From Macrostomum lignano (lineage: Eukaryota), in NCBI GenBank assembly GCA_002269645.1, contig NIVC01003781.1, positions 1 to 64,000 of the forward strand: DNA of 64,000 bases. Reading direction: 5' to 3'. The notes under the pieces are model-generated. The model was not told where the DNA came from, made no database searches, and saw only the letters and a program-made list of their open reading frames with translations. Both the position numbers and the translations under genes were made by a program. Below, piece by piece: positions 24,732-36,347 of the stretch (positions are counted from its first letter, which is position 1; every line of letters starts with the position of its first letter).

Positions 24732-24745
24732 GTTGCCATAGCAAC
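24732..24745. promoter_or_regulatory. RFX X-box GTTGCCATAGCAAC upstream of lectin copy B
   Basis: Exact consensus match about 80 bp upstream of the ATG; identical box upstream of copy D. Confidence 0.65.
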
Positions 24746-24825
24746 AGCGCCCAACTGCTGCCTTTGTCTGCCACCAATCAGGTTCTGACTGAGTCCTCAT
24801 TTCAGAAAATCTGTCTCTGGCACAG

Positions 24826-24982
24826 GTGCACTACCGGTCTTCACTACCGGTCTGCACTACCGGTCTGCACTACCGGTCTGCACTACCGGTCTCCACTACC
24901 GGTCTGCACTACCGGTCTGCATTACCGGTCTCCACTACCGGTCTGCACTACCGGTCTGCACTACCGGTCTGCACTACCGGTC
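24826..24982. repeat. 13-bp minisatellite (CACTACCGGTCTG), about 12 copies
   Basis: Tandem periodicity. Confidence 0.92.
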
Positions 24983-25659
24983 CACTCATAACATTTCGGC
25001 ACAGAACATGTCATCAAAGTACTTATAACTAAGAAATCCAATTTCTGCTATTTTTCAATTTTGACGCAGTCGTCTACAGGCTCAATATGCTTGAATCCGT
25101 GTACGCCGAACTAGGAATACATTCTACTGAATCCGCAGCTCTGAAGGACCTGCTGCAGGTGTTTGAATGGCTCCCAGGCTTCTGCGGATGCATTGGTTCT
25201 TGTCTTCTGCTTTCGGCATCTGTTGCAGCATTTCTAACTGCATAAAAAGCCAGTCTGCAACAGAACTGCTTTTGCCCGATAGATTGGCTGCTGAAATGCA
25301 TCATGAAACGAGAAAAAGCGAACTGCTGCAGGCTGCTTCAGTGGTAATGCAACACGGTGCTTGTGAGAACGGCATTCTCCTGTTTTTTAAGGTAAAACAA
25401 ACGCCACGATGGAGAGTGCCTCAGAATTCTCAAGGAAACCACACTGCCCCCATCCAAGGTGACGAGTTTTGCTTGTAGCAGCAATCGTCTCGCTAAACAA
25501 TGCTGTTTGCAGATATCGAGTTTTAGCTTCAGCAAATAATTTGACTCTCTTCCCGCATGTAGGGCTACTCTCTTCTCCGTCCACGCACGCGTCGTTTGTA
25601 CTTTTATCTTATCTCAAAATATTGTAGAAATAAATACAAAGATAAATACAAAAGCTGCT

Positions 25660-26770
25660 CTTAACTTAAGTTAACTTAACTGTGGGGCTGTTCCGGAGGG
25701 GACACAGCGGGAAGGCTAATCCCCGAACGGCCGACGCGTCGCTATGGACGAAGGGTTGGCGCCGCCCAGGGAGGTCCCCCAGTGTCGCCAGCAGCTATAG
25801 TGCTCTCTGAAAAAGAGAGTTCAGCCCTGCTGGTGGCCCAGAGGTAGCGCATGAGCTGATTAAAAGTGTGGCCTGGAGGTAAGTGAGTCTGGCTTGCATG
25901 AAGGTAGGACAGATGCGGACGGAATGTTCAGCGGTTTCGTCACCTTAGTTACAAAAGCTGCACAGGCGTTGGTGGTGTTGCCCTGCAGGTACTGGTGCCT
26001 GCAGAAGCAGCCGTGACCCGAGAGGGCAGCCCGGATGTCTCTTCGCGAGAGGCGCAGGAGGAGCTTCCGGAGCTGGTGAGAGGGCTGAGGGACAGCGCCT
26101 CTGGATTGCCTGCAGGTAGTGCAGTTCGCCCAAGCTGAGCGGTGCTGGGTCCTGATCCACGCCTTGATGCGCGAGTTGATGACACAGCCAGGAATCGGGA
26201 CAAGGGGTTCGGGGCCGAGAGAGGAGCCGGAGGCACCAACTTTTGCAAGGATGTCAGCCAACTCATTTGCTCGGATCCCCACATGCCCCGGAACCCACTT
26301 AAGGGTTATTTTGTTGGTGGAGCGCAACATGTTGAGGAGTTTGATGCAGTCGAGGACTGTAGCAGAGTTGGTGCTGCAGCCACTGATGGCGTGCAAGGCA
26401 GCTTGGCTGTCCGAATGGAAAATGATGTTCTTGCCGGTTACGCCAGTGGCGAGAAGCTCTGCAGTGCAGGAGCTGATGGCGAGAACTTCATTTTGGAAGA
26501 CACTGGAGTTGACCCCAGTATACTGAGCGTGGTTTGCGATGACCCTCCCGTTCAGGAAGATCCCAAAACCAAAGCTGGTGTTGACTGACTGCTTTAAACC
26601 ATCGGTGGTAGCAGTGGAGCTCACCAGGGTTCCAGTGGTCATTGATGGTATCGCGCGGGTCGATAGCTACGGAGTAGCGTTGTCTCAGATTGAGCGTTGA
26701 GGCAATGCCATCGGTGAAGACGCGATTGGCCTGACACTCGTTGAGAATGTTGAGGCACAGGTCACATGGG
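25660..26770 (-). mobile_element. 5'-truncated, degenerate non-LTR retrotransposon (RNase H + C-terminal CCHC; I-group such as R1/Loa/Tad-like)
   Basis: RNase H motifs CY(T)DG (frameshifted), VFQNEVLAI, FHSDSQAAL, WVPGHVGIRANELADILAK; zinc knuckle CSFCN*GDETAEHSVRICP with a stop and frameshift; short TTAAG-type 3' tail. Confidence 0.85.
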
Positions 26771-27195
26771 ATGGGAACTGCAAAGATCCACTTGGAAACT
26801 GCAAAGATCCATTTGGAAACTACAAAAATCCGTTTAGAAACTACAAAAATGATTATGTGAGATGAGATTGCACGCAGTGGAATTTTGCTCATTCCGTCAG
26901 CAGAGCCAGTGCAAACGCAGACTAAAATCCAACACACTGGAACAGGCATTTGCTCCAGTGCAAGATTGCAATACACACAATATTCCTAGCACAATGCTTC
27001 GCTCATGGTCGAAAAGGCATGCACAAAAGCGTCTAAACTTTCACAAATTGTGAATATTCTAAAATTTTTTTTTAGGTTTAAATGACTCCAAAATTTTGTA
27101 GAAAACTTTTAAGTGAGAGTTGAAGCCACAATGGAGTCACAGCTCAGTGCCAGCCAGCCCAGCCGAGTGAATTCACGGTCACTCCCTGCCGAGCT

Positions 27196-27957
27196 TCAGT
27201 CGAACGGGGATGCGCACTCGCACAGGAACCGGTCGCAGCCTGAGTAGCCTTCCGGCATGTCCGTGAGATATTTAAAGCCCGAGAATCGACCGAGCCAGTG
27301 CTCTTTGCCTCCAGAATCATTCGGTTCGCCAGAGGCCCACAGGCCGGCGTCCACGGTGATGTTGCAGCCGACCCAGTGCCAGCCGCCTGCCGGCTCCGCG
27401 CTGCCGGGTGGCTGGAAGCCTCCGAGCCACATCGAGCTGCCGCTGGCGTAGAGAGACCGCAGCGACTCCACGTGGCTCATCTCTGAGCTGCTCGTCACGT
27501 CCGCCATGATCACCAGACCGCTCTCCGACTCGCACTTCTGCCGGCTCGTCTCCCACAGTTTGTCAGCGCTGTTGTAGACCTTGTACCTGACTCCACACAG
27601 GTTGTCGCCGTATCCGGGCGGACACAGCAGTCCCGCCGGCAGTCCCGGCTGCTGCTTCACGAACACTCGGCCTCGTCTCGAGCAGCCGCAGTCCCTCACA
27701 GACTTGCTGCACTTGTTGAACTCGAACAACTGGCACGGACCGTCGGACAGGCTGAAGGCCTGGCACTGCGGCCTCAGGCGGCACAGAATGGCGCACTGCA
27801 GCTCCGAAGCGACTCCAGCGAAGGTGCGGACGAAGTCGCTGTTGATGCACAGGGAGCCGTCGATCGGAGAGAACTTGGTGCTGCAGACCGGATCCCGAGT
27901 TGATTCATCCGCAGCAGCAACTGCCAGAACAGTCAGAGCCAGGAGCACGGACAGCAT
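27196..27957 (-). CDS. PAN + C-type lectin copy C (253 aa from the ATG at 27957)
   Basis: Signal peptide MLSVLLALTVLAVAAA; PAN nearly identical to other copies; CTLD with EPN and a unique C-terminal segment. Confidence 0.88.
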   Translation of the reverse strand: MLSVLLALTVLAVAAADESTRDPVCSTKFSPIDGSLCINSDFVRTFAGVASELQCAILCRLRPQCQAFSLSDGPCQLFEFNKCSKSVRDCGCSRRGRVFVKQQPGLPAGLLCPPGYGDNLCGVRYKVYNSADKLWETSRQKCESESGLVIMADVTSSSEMSHVESLRSLYASGSSMWLGGFQPPGSAEPAGGWHWVGCNITVDAGLWASGEPNDSGGKEHWLGRFSGFKYLTDMPEGYSGCDRFLCECASPFD

Positions 27958-28517
27958 GGTGTTGCTGTCAAAGCCTGTTCTGCTCAGCTTGTGCCGCTCA
28001 GCCTGGGTGCCGTGGCACCATTTATCAGAATTCACTCCCTGCAATGAGATTCAATGAGATTCAATGAGATCCTCACGGCCCCTCATTGGCTGCTATGAGC
28101 ATTTTTGTTCTGGTTGGTTTCCTGAGACCGTGAAAGTCCGTTTGACTGAATGAGTCAGGCAGAGCAACAGCCCTCAGGCCGGAAACTTGCTTGCACCGAG
28201 TCAGACAACCATTATCGCTCATTGCAACTGGCCATGAATAGAAGCCCTTTGACTTAGAGATGCTTTGAAAGCTGGAGCTGCTCAGACTGGTTCTCACTCT
28301 GCCCCTTAGCGCAGCTGGAGCAGGAAGAGATCCAAGAGCTCTGCAAGTGGACTAAGTGGACTAAGTGTTCAAAGGGAATGTCATGTCAAGTCTGTCATTG
28401 TTCTACCCGGCAAGAAAGTCGGCGTGAAGGCGCTCACGACCGTGATGGTACGGGTGTACATTGCGTACGCCCTCTGTAAATCGAAATTGAAACGAAATTG
28501 AAACATTTAGCCAGCAA

Positions 28518-29102
28518 GTGACCGGTGCTCTTGCTCTCAAACCCCCGTTTTGACTGCCTAGGAGGTTGGACGCCTAAGCCTCTGTCGCGCTCTATTTATT
28601 ATCTATCTTATCTTATCTACGAGCCCAGCCTTCGTCTAGTTCATTCAAACTCCAATCGTACTCGCCATCGAAGGTGAAGGTCCAACAGCCCCTGGTCCTC
28701 GCCGCTGCACATGGTGTCGAACAATGATGTTACGGTGCAGGATCGGCAGTTCCGCCTGCCCGAGCAAAAGTACAACGCGTTTAACCGTAAGCTGCTCGCC
28801 TTGTATCTGGTTGTCCGGCACTTCCGCTACGCCCTCGATGTCCAGCACGTGGAAGACAAGGATAACCCGGTCGCGTACGCGTCACGGTCGCTTTGGTGCA
28901 GCTCCGGCTGCCGGAAATTCCATCAAGAGGTCACCCACCAAATTCAGCGGTGGCCACCCACCACCGGCCGCTCGACATGACGGCAGCCAACTCGCCGGTG
29001 CAGACCAACAACGTTTGATGCATGGCTCAGTGCTTGGGGGGGGGGGAGCGTGTGGCGGCTAGGCATGCCTGTGACCGGTGCTCGTGCACTCAAACCCCTG
29101 TT
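28518..29102 (+). mobile_element. Internally deleted Gypsy LTR-retrotransposon relic
   Basis: RNase H fragment EQKYNAFNRKLLALYLVVRHFRYAL...HVEDKDNPVA; G-rich polypurine tract then TGT at about 29051; direct repeat GTGACCGGTGCTC.TGC.CTCAAACCCC at 28518 and 29071 (possible LTR remnants). Confidence 0.62.
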
Positions 29103-29269
29103 TGTTTTTTTGATCCGGACAGTCAGTTTTAAAACAGATACAGCATGTCCCAGACACCCAGGTAACAGCAACGTAATAAATTGCATTTTTCGGAGTTCAA
29201 CTCAAAGAACTAAATGTACTTTTAGCAAACAGAAATAAAATACAAGAATACAAAGAAGACAAAATTCAG

Positions 29270-31480
29270 TTTTCAGTTTCCCATCTCATTTTTTCTAAGG
29301 ATCGATACGGAACAATACCCCATTGTAGTCGCTGGATGCGAGCCTTCGGAGCTGTAAAAACTGCTCCCCTCAGAATTCCAGTGTGCATCGGTGAGATTAA
29401 CTGAGCAACGCTTTTTACATTATCCGCGGCGGATCTCCAAACAAAAGACCTCGACGTTCGAAGTCTTGCATCCTCGCAGGGAAAAAGTTGAAGGATAAAG
29501 ACAGCAGCAGGGGTCCAAGCAGCGCACGAAGGAAGCTCGCGCCTGAGAGCTACAGGCCGTCGGCTGTTACAGCTCGGTCTGCACAATGGTCGCGCCAGAA
29601 ACCAGGACTGGGTGCCATAGGAACCTGTGCTAGCAGTCGGAGCGTCGTTGAGGCTATGAGGCGAAACTCGAGCCGGTCTTCTTTCGAGCTTTGCAGAATG
29701 ATACCTCCCGCTTTTGTCAAGCACAACGCAATGTCGAGCACGGGTTCGTCATGAACCGGCACCCGGTGGTGCTGCTCGGGAATAGCGATGGCGATCTCCA
29801 AGAGCGCACGTAGCAGCGGCTTGGCAGGTTTGGCCACCTTGCAGAACCGGCTCAGCTTTCCTACCCGATCCTAAAGGCAATGATTTTGCAGGCTTCTTGC
29901 CCTCACGCAGTCCATTCTACCTGTCGACAGGTAACGACAGCTGGCTGGGCTGAGCGCCTTGGACCAATTGCTCTCAAAGCCGAGCCGCTGCAGGGTGGCC
30001 AAGAGAAACTCTTGCAGCACCCGGTAAACCTCATAGTCTCTCGCTGTGATGCAAAAGTCGTCCAGATAAGCTATGATGGCAAAGTTAGATAGTTGCAAAC
30101 GCAGCCGAAAGATTCTGACTGACTGACCAGTAGATTTGAAGCGGCAGGTCGACACCCGTGACCTCGTAGCAGTCCGGGTGTACTTCAACACCTCGGTAGT
30201 CATGGCGAAGGTCGATCTTGCTGAGGAAACAGCCTGGCGCCAGCAACCCAGTGAGTTCCTCGACGTTGGCGAACTTCTGCTTCTGGCAAGGCTTGCACGG
30301 ATCGTCGATGCTGCGGTCTTGAGGCATTGCCGATCAGGCCAATGGCTCCATCTGCTTTGGCGATGGCACCGAGTGGGCTGATGATGGTCAGCCTGGCAAT
30401 GCCGAGGTCAGTCGCGCTGATGTAGCACCTGGCCAGCATCTCTTCTCGGATCTGCTTGTCAAGGGTGTGCCGATTTTATTCGCAGCGGGGTGTTGATTCT
30501 CAAGCTGGGCGTCACCAACCAGGACAGAATCTATGATGCGAAAGCCATCACGGATACAAGTGCTTAAAAATTCAGTGCCGGAGTCACCACGCTAAACCGG
30601 TGTCCGGGCAGATGATGGCAGTGACCAGCAGTTGGCTCGGAAGCAGGGTGGGCGGTGATGTCAGCAGGGTGGGCGGTGATGTCAGCAGGGTGGGCGGTGA
30701 TGTCAGCGGGGTGAGCGGCAAAACGAGCATGATAACCGCAGCAACTTAAGATATTTGGTCGCTTAGCAGACCTTATTGGCTCATTGCTAAAACAGGGTCT
30801 GCTGCGGCCCCGCCTCGGTGCTCAGGTTTTTGGTCCAGAGGCTCCCGAACGTGCTGAAGCCTTGAGTGGCTCCACTTGCAGATGCGTCAGATGTGAGCGA
30901 ATTTGCAGTTGTTTCTGTGGCAACCTTTGGCGCTATTGAACAGGCCGCAAATTATCTGTCCAGATGCTCCACTGCTCTGCTCCGTTACCTTGGACTCCCT
31001 GACTGACGGCCACTTGGCCAGCAGCTCGCAGATTTTTAGGGACCGTCAGGCGCTTCAAAATCGTGTTCAAGTTGCGCTGTCGCGAGTGCTGCAGCCGCCT
31101 CATGTCTCGATCGTACTTAACCAACAGCTCACCAGTGTGGATATTGAAGCTGGGGTAGGTTAGCTTCTTGAAGTTGAGCTCTTCATGCGCGCCCGGCGTC
31201 ACCAACTGCCCAGTCTCCAGGAGCTGAGGAGCTTCTGCATGATACGCGCTGCATGGCGTTCCTGCGTCAGCCATCCTCCCGACTACAGCTTCTCATTCAG
31301 AAAGTCGGCCGGGGATGAGCTGAGCAGTGCTGCAGATGGTTGCAGCCAAATCATACTTGAGCTGCCGACCCTGGCCCCCGAACAGGCTGGAGTGAATGCC
31401 CGGCTTTTCGCTGGCTGGCAAGCAGCGCTTTGGCTTCGCTCCGGGTCGATTGGATCTCTTTTCACAGCTGGTCTCAGCCC
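29270..31480 (-). mobile_element. Degenerate DIRS/Ngaro-like (tyrosine-recombinase class) retroelement: gag + RT (+RNase H) remnants
   Basis: Gag-like KYDRDMRRLQ and zinc fingers ICGLFNSAKGCHRNNCKFAHI*RICKWSH (about 30880-30950); RT motifs IRDGFRII, LDKQIREE, IISPLGAIAKADG, FLSKIDLRHDYR, AYLDDF...LQRLGFESNWSK; multiple frameshifts; no recombinase ORF seen. Confidence 0.75.
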
Positions 31481-31990
31481 TTTTGAGGGCTTACACAGTC
31501 ATGCTGTTAAGATTTTGCTTCATTGTGCAGCGCGAGGCTGGTGAGGCAGTCAAAAATAGCAGATCCTTTAACAAGCGTCTCATTGCATTGTTGCATCAGA
31601 CGCACCACTGGTAAATGGAGTTCCAAGAGGCTGTCTTCAGAGTGAATCTGTTGTGTCTATTGTCTATTATTCTATTCAATGTGTCAGAGTTTAGAAATCA
31701 TTCAAATGCACTACAAGCACAAACACTAGCGTTTTTTGTGTCAATCATGCTCGGTTCTTAGGCCAAACAAGAGATCCTTTCAGTCAAGTTGATCGGATTT
31801 CTAAGTGCGAATAAAATGTTAGGAATATTTTTAATACATCAAACAGATTCTTTAAAATATTCTACAAACTACTAACACCATGAAAGACATTCAGTAAAGA
31901 CACATATAACTTCACGCGAAAATTACTGAAATAACTTGAAGTATGTCTGAAAAAAGCGATTCTGTGCTGTGAATTTCTGTTAGTTACCTG

Positions 31991-32102
31991 CCATTGGCTC
32001 ACCACAGGCCGGCGTCCACAGCAATGTTGCAGCCAAACAAGAAGCGACTCCACGTGGCTCATCTCTGAGCTGCTCGTCACGTCCGCCATGATTACCAGAC
32101 CG
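31991..32102 (-). pseudogene. Internally deleted relic of a sixth C-type lectin copy
   Basis: Near-identical to the GLVIMADVTSSSEMSHVESLR block, fused to a CNI..DAGLW..EP remnant. Confidence 0.8.
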
Positions 32103-32917
32103 CACTGTAGAGATTTCCAAACATAGTAGACTACTAGAAATAGTAAGATAAAATTATAAATACAAATTTAAAAATAGCAATGCGTCATACTCTATTTTTA
32201 GTAATTACCAGTAATATCACGAAAACAGCGAGAGACTATTCTAGCACAAATTGTTCTCAACATCTATTTTCAGAACTTCCAAATATGGTAAATGTTAATC
32301 TGAATGCCACCCAAGTCTCACCCTTTTCTATTCAAAAACCCCACCTGTCAATACCTGACCTTACCTGATCAGTAGATTTTGAATTCGAGGCCTCCCTATT
32401 CCTAAGGGAGTGGATAGGATCTGCGGACCGATTCCGATACTCTTAGAGGATTATTGATTTGATTGATTTTGGCACCCTAGAGTAACCGATAGGAGCACAC
32501 GACTCCGATTCCGTTATTTCTAGAAGAAGACGCCCTTTTCTGGAGGACCTCGTCATTGTTAGAGTTGACTTTGCTAATACGGCGCATCTCTGATTTCTGC
32601 ACTCGAGAATACTTTGACGCCGACGGGTTAAATTGTTACGCTCTCATATTCGGCCGATTCTCAGAACACAAGAAGACAACTCCGGAGGAAGACTACGAGC
32701 TCTACAAACCCGCCCGCCCGAGGTCTGGAAGTGGGAGTTCGTGCGTTTAGACACTAGACTTAATTCTCTCTCCTATTCTCTTTCTCTCTCTCTCTCTCTA
32801 GTGTGCTAAAGCGAACTCTTCAGCATGTCGACTTTTTCGGCTGCCTGGCTTCCCTGGGTCTCGACACCAGGACATCCGCGTGAAAGCTATGAGAGGGTTA
32901 GGGGGTTAGGTGTTCCT

Positions 32918-33475
32918 CATCAACATCAGCATCACCATCAACAACAACAGCATCATCAACATCAGCAACATCAGCATCAGCAACATCAGCATCAGCAACA
33001 TCAGCATCAGCAATATCAGCATCAGCAACATCAGCATCATCAACAATAGCATCATCATCAACAACATCATAATCATCATCCACAGCAACATCAACATCAG
33101 CATCAGCAACATCAGCATCATCCACAGCAACATCAACATCAGCATCAGCAACATCAGCATCAGCAAAATCAGCATCAGCAACATCAGCATCATCCACAGC
33201 AACATCAACATCAGCATCAGCAACATCAGCATCAGCAAAATCAGCATCAGCAACATCAGCATCATCAACAACAGCATCATCATCAACAACACCATAATCA
33301 TCATCCACAGCAACATCAACATCAGCATCAGCAACATCAGCATCAGCAACATCAGCATCAGCAAAATCAGCATCAGCAACATCAGCATCAGCAACATCAG
33401 CATCATCAACAACAGCATCACAATCAACAACAGCACCATCATCAACAACAGCATCATCATCAACAACATCATTAG
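32918..33475. repeat. CAN-triplet (CAT/CAG/CAA) low-complexity repeat
   Basis: Degenerate triplet array with higher-order blocks. Confidence 0.9.
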
Positions 33476-33701
33476 CGAACATCTTTATGCTGCTCCTCTA
33501 GCTTGGACTATGCTCCGAGTATACGAGCTCACCTTAAAGCCAAGGAGTAGGCTGCGCACTCGGACAAAATTAATCCAAAAACAATGACTCATTGGTTTAT
33601 TGCTTGCCAAGATTAAATATTGTTCGACTGATAAGCATCAGATTTTTCTCAAGCCAAAGCCGCCATGCTGGGGGCTCCCAAAGCCAGTCTGCGATGCGTA
33701 C

Positions 33702-34436
33702 TCAGTCGAAGGGCGACACACACTCGCAGAGGCCGAAGCTGGCCGACGTCAGATCCGTCAGGCCGCCACTTCCGGACACGGCGGCGAGCTTGTCCTGCCC
33801 GCCTTTGTCATTTGGCTCACCGGAATGCCACAAATCGGCGTCCACGGTGATGTTGCAGCCGACCCAGTACCAGCCGCCATCAGGCTCCGCGCTGCCGGGT
33901 GGCTGTAGGCCTCCCAGCCACAGAGAGTTGCCATCACGAAGCGACTCCACGTGGCTCATCTCTGAGCTGCTCGTCACGTCCGCCATGATCACAAGACCGC
34001 TCTCCGACTCGCACTTCTGTCGGCTCGTCTCCCACAGTTTGTCAGCGCTGTCGTAGACCTTGTACTTGACTCCACAGAAGTCATCTCCGTATCCGGGCGG
34101 ACACAGCAGTCCCGCCGGCAGTCCCGGCTGCTGCCTCACGAACACCCGGCCTCGTCTCGAGCAGCCGCAGTCCCTCACAGACTTGCTGCACTTGTTGAAC
34201 TCGAACAGCTGGCACGGACCGTCGGACAGGCTGAAGGCCTGGCACTGCGGCCTCAGGCGGCACAGGAGGGCGCACTGCAGCTCCGAAGCGACTCCAGCGA
34301 AGGTTCGGACAAAGTCGCTGTTGATGCACAGGGAGCCGTCGATGGGAGAGAACTTGGTGCTGCACTGCGAGGCCTCATCCGCTGCTATTGAAGTTGCCAG
34401 ACCTGCAGCCAGGCACAGCAACAGCAGGGAACTCAT
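33702..34436 (-). CDS. PAN + C-type lectin copy D (244 aa)
   Basis: Signal peptide, PAN, CTLD with EPN; minus-strand AATAAA at 33596-33601. Confidence 0.9.
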   Translation of the reverse strand: MSSLLLLCLAAGLATSIAADEASQCSTKFSPIDGSLCINSDFVRTFAGVASELQCALLCRLRPQCQAFSLSDGPCQLFEFNKCSKSVRDCGCSRRGRVFVRQQPGLPAGLLCPPGYGDDFCGVKYKVYDSADKLWETSRQKCESESGLVIMADVTSSSEMSHVESLRDGNSLWLGGLQPPGSAEPDGGWYWVGCNITVDADLWHSGEPNDKGGQDKLAAVSGSGGLTDLTSASFGLCECVSPFD

Positions 34437-34547
34437 GGCAGAGCAGAGGCTGGCTGTCTGCTTCCCTGACTGTTTTGGCCGAAGAGCGCTTTGTTTCCTT
34501 CCTTTATCCCTAACAGGGTTCTCCTTTCCAGCTGCTGTTGTTTCCTA

Positions 34548-34561
34548 GTTGCCATAGCAAC
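34548..34561. promoter_or_regulatory. RFX X-box GTTGCCATAGCAAC upstream of lectin copy D
   Basis: Exact consensus match about 110 bp upstream of the ATG. Confidence 0.65.
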
Positions 34562-35476
34562 GGTTAGGGAGTCTCGCGCGGCTTGTGGCTTAATTTGATT
34601 GCGAGGCGCAGTCTGGATTGACAGCTTCGCGACCTCATAGGGGCTTAGCTGAACTCGCACTGGAGTGCCTCTGCACATCAAGCTCTGCATTCAGTCGTCA
34701 AGCTGCTGCCAAACGTCATTTCATTGTTGCAATGAACTCACCCCATCGAACACGGCCCTGTCAACTACTGATAGTTTGGCCTCTGCTCAGCCACTCATTA
34801 TGAATATCTGGCCTCGTTCAAAGCTTTTCGTCTAGGCCAGGGTCAACATCTGAGGTTGCAAACTGACATTTTAGAAGCGTACCCGGCACCCCAGAGGAGA
34901 TGTCTCACTGTGTAATCTCAAGTCTCTCAACAAATGCCCTGATCTCAAAATGTCACCAGCTGTAAGAACAATAAAAAATACAACTACCACCACAACAACA
35001 AAAGCAAAAACATAAACTACTACATCAAAAACATCAACAACTGCATGCTGCCCATCCTCGGCAGCTTGTCTAGTAGACTCGGTCTGAGAACACACGCACT
35101 GCAACATCATCGACGACACGATAAGAAATTAAAAAACGACATCAATAAAAGCAATAAGAAACGCCAGCAGGAAGTACAACGAAACTCTGAGCTCTGCCTG
35201 CCCCCTGCTATTACGGTGCCTGCAGCTCCTTCTAGGGCGGAAGGCGGTGGGCAGTACGACTCGGCGTTGATGATGAGGCCTGCCAGCTGGAGTCCCCAAC
35301 CGTGCGATGACAACTCACTCGGTCACGGCGCACACGAACTTCTTCAACCACAATTAGGCCATTGCTGAGGCAATGAAATTCTTGTGGCAAACTCGTTAGC
35401 AGAGAGTTATAGTTGATGTAGCTTGAGCCACTTGGATTCCCACTTTTATATTAGTTTTATAATGTAAGCCTCGTAC

Positions 35477-35778
35477 GGCTTGTAGCCAAGTGGTTTCGAG
35501 CGTCGGACTCACGACTTGAAGGTGGGGGGTTCGATTCCCGGTCCCACTGGAACAATTTGTGTCCTTGATCAAGACACTTAACTCTGCATTGCTTCAGTTC
35601 ACCCAGCTGTAAAGTGGGCACCAGCATTAGCTGAGGTAATTGAGGGTGTGTGTGGCGACCCCCCAGTCCTTGGACTGAACAGCCGTACGCAGCCTTCAGA
35701 TGCGCTGCGCAATGGCTGCGGCTGAGCTGTCGTTGCACATCTACTGCCCATTGGGGGCATGTGTAATCAATTATATTG
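35477..35778 (+). mobile_element. Full-length tRNA-derived SINE
   Basis: A box, B box (GGTTCGATTCC), same body and tail as the 12095 copy. Confidence 0.88.
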
Positions 35779-36347
35779 TAAACTGTGCGTACGAATTATT
35801 TATGATGCATTCACGCATGGAGTGCTTCTCTGTAGTGTGTCTTCACCCACCAGCTGAGTCCGCTCAGTTTGATTGGGTAAACTGCTGTGTCAGCAGAGAC
35901 TCCTGCCAAGGGCGGAGGTTTTAGAAAGTTTTCCTGCACTGCTGTCAGGCGTGCGGGCTGTCAAAAACTCTTGAACTCAGACATCAAATCGTAGGCTGCC
36001 TTAACATCTGAAGTCAAATTAATCAGTAACCGCTTTGAGTAGTATGAAAAGCAAATTCTCAAGAAAGAATTTAACATAAAAAACTAGTTTGCAGATTTGC
36101 AAAAATGTCTGCTTTTGATTTCGCTGCTCAAATAGTTTATGAATGCGTTTTTCGGGGCCAAGCAGTCACTGGGGCACCCAGTTGTCACATGGGGAATTTT
36201 ATTCTGTCTACTTCAACTCGCATCGGCTTTTTTCAAGTTGTGCAGCTGCATCTGAAAATTTTACTGCGCGTTTCTCAGCAGCAGGATGAGAGCCAAACGT
36301 TCTTAAAACTTTTGCTTACTTGCGTTGATCTTCTTCAAAGAGGAATT

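Noticed and set aside
23281-24732. Plus-strand ORFs overlapping lectin copies (e.g. 295 aa, 177 aa)
   Set aside because: Antisense shadows of high-GC3 genes with no recognisable domain.
25080-25245. Short + strand frame MLESVYAELGIHSTESAALKDLLQVFEWLPGFCG... after a possible acceptor
   Set aside because: About 52 aa, no homology recognised, weak donor; insufficient support.
32895-32910. GGGTTAGGGGGTTAGG telomere-like motif
   Set aside because: Only two imperfect units.
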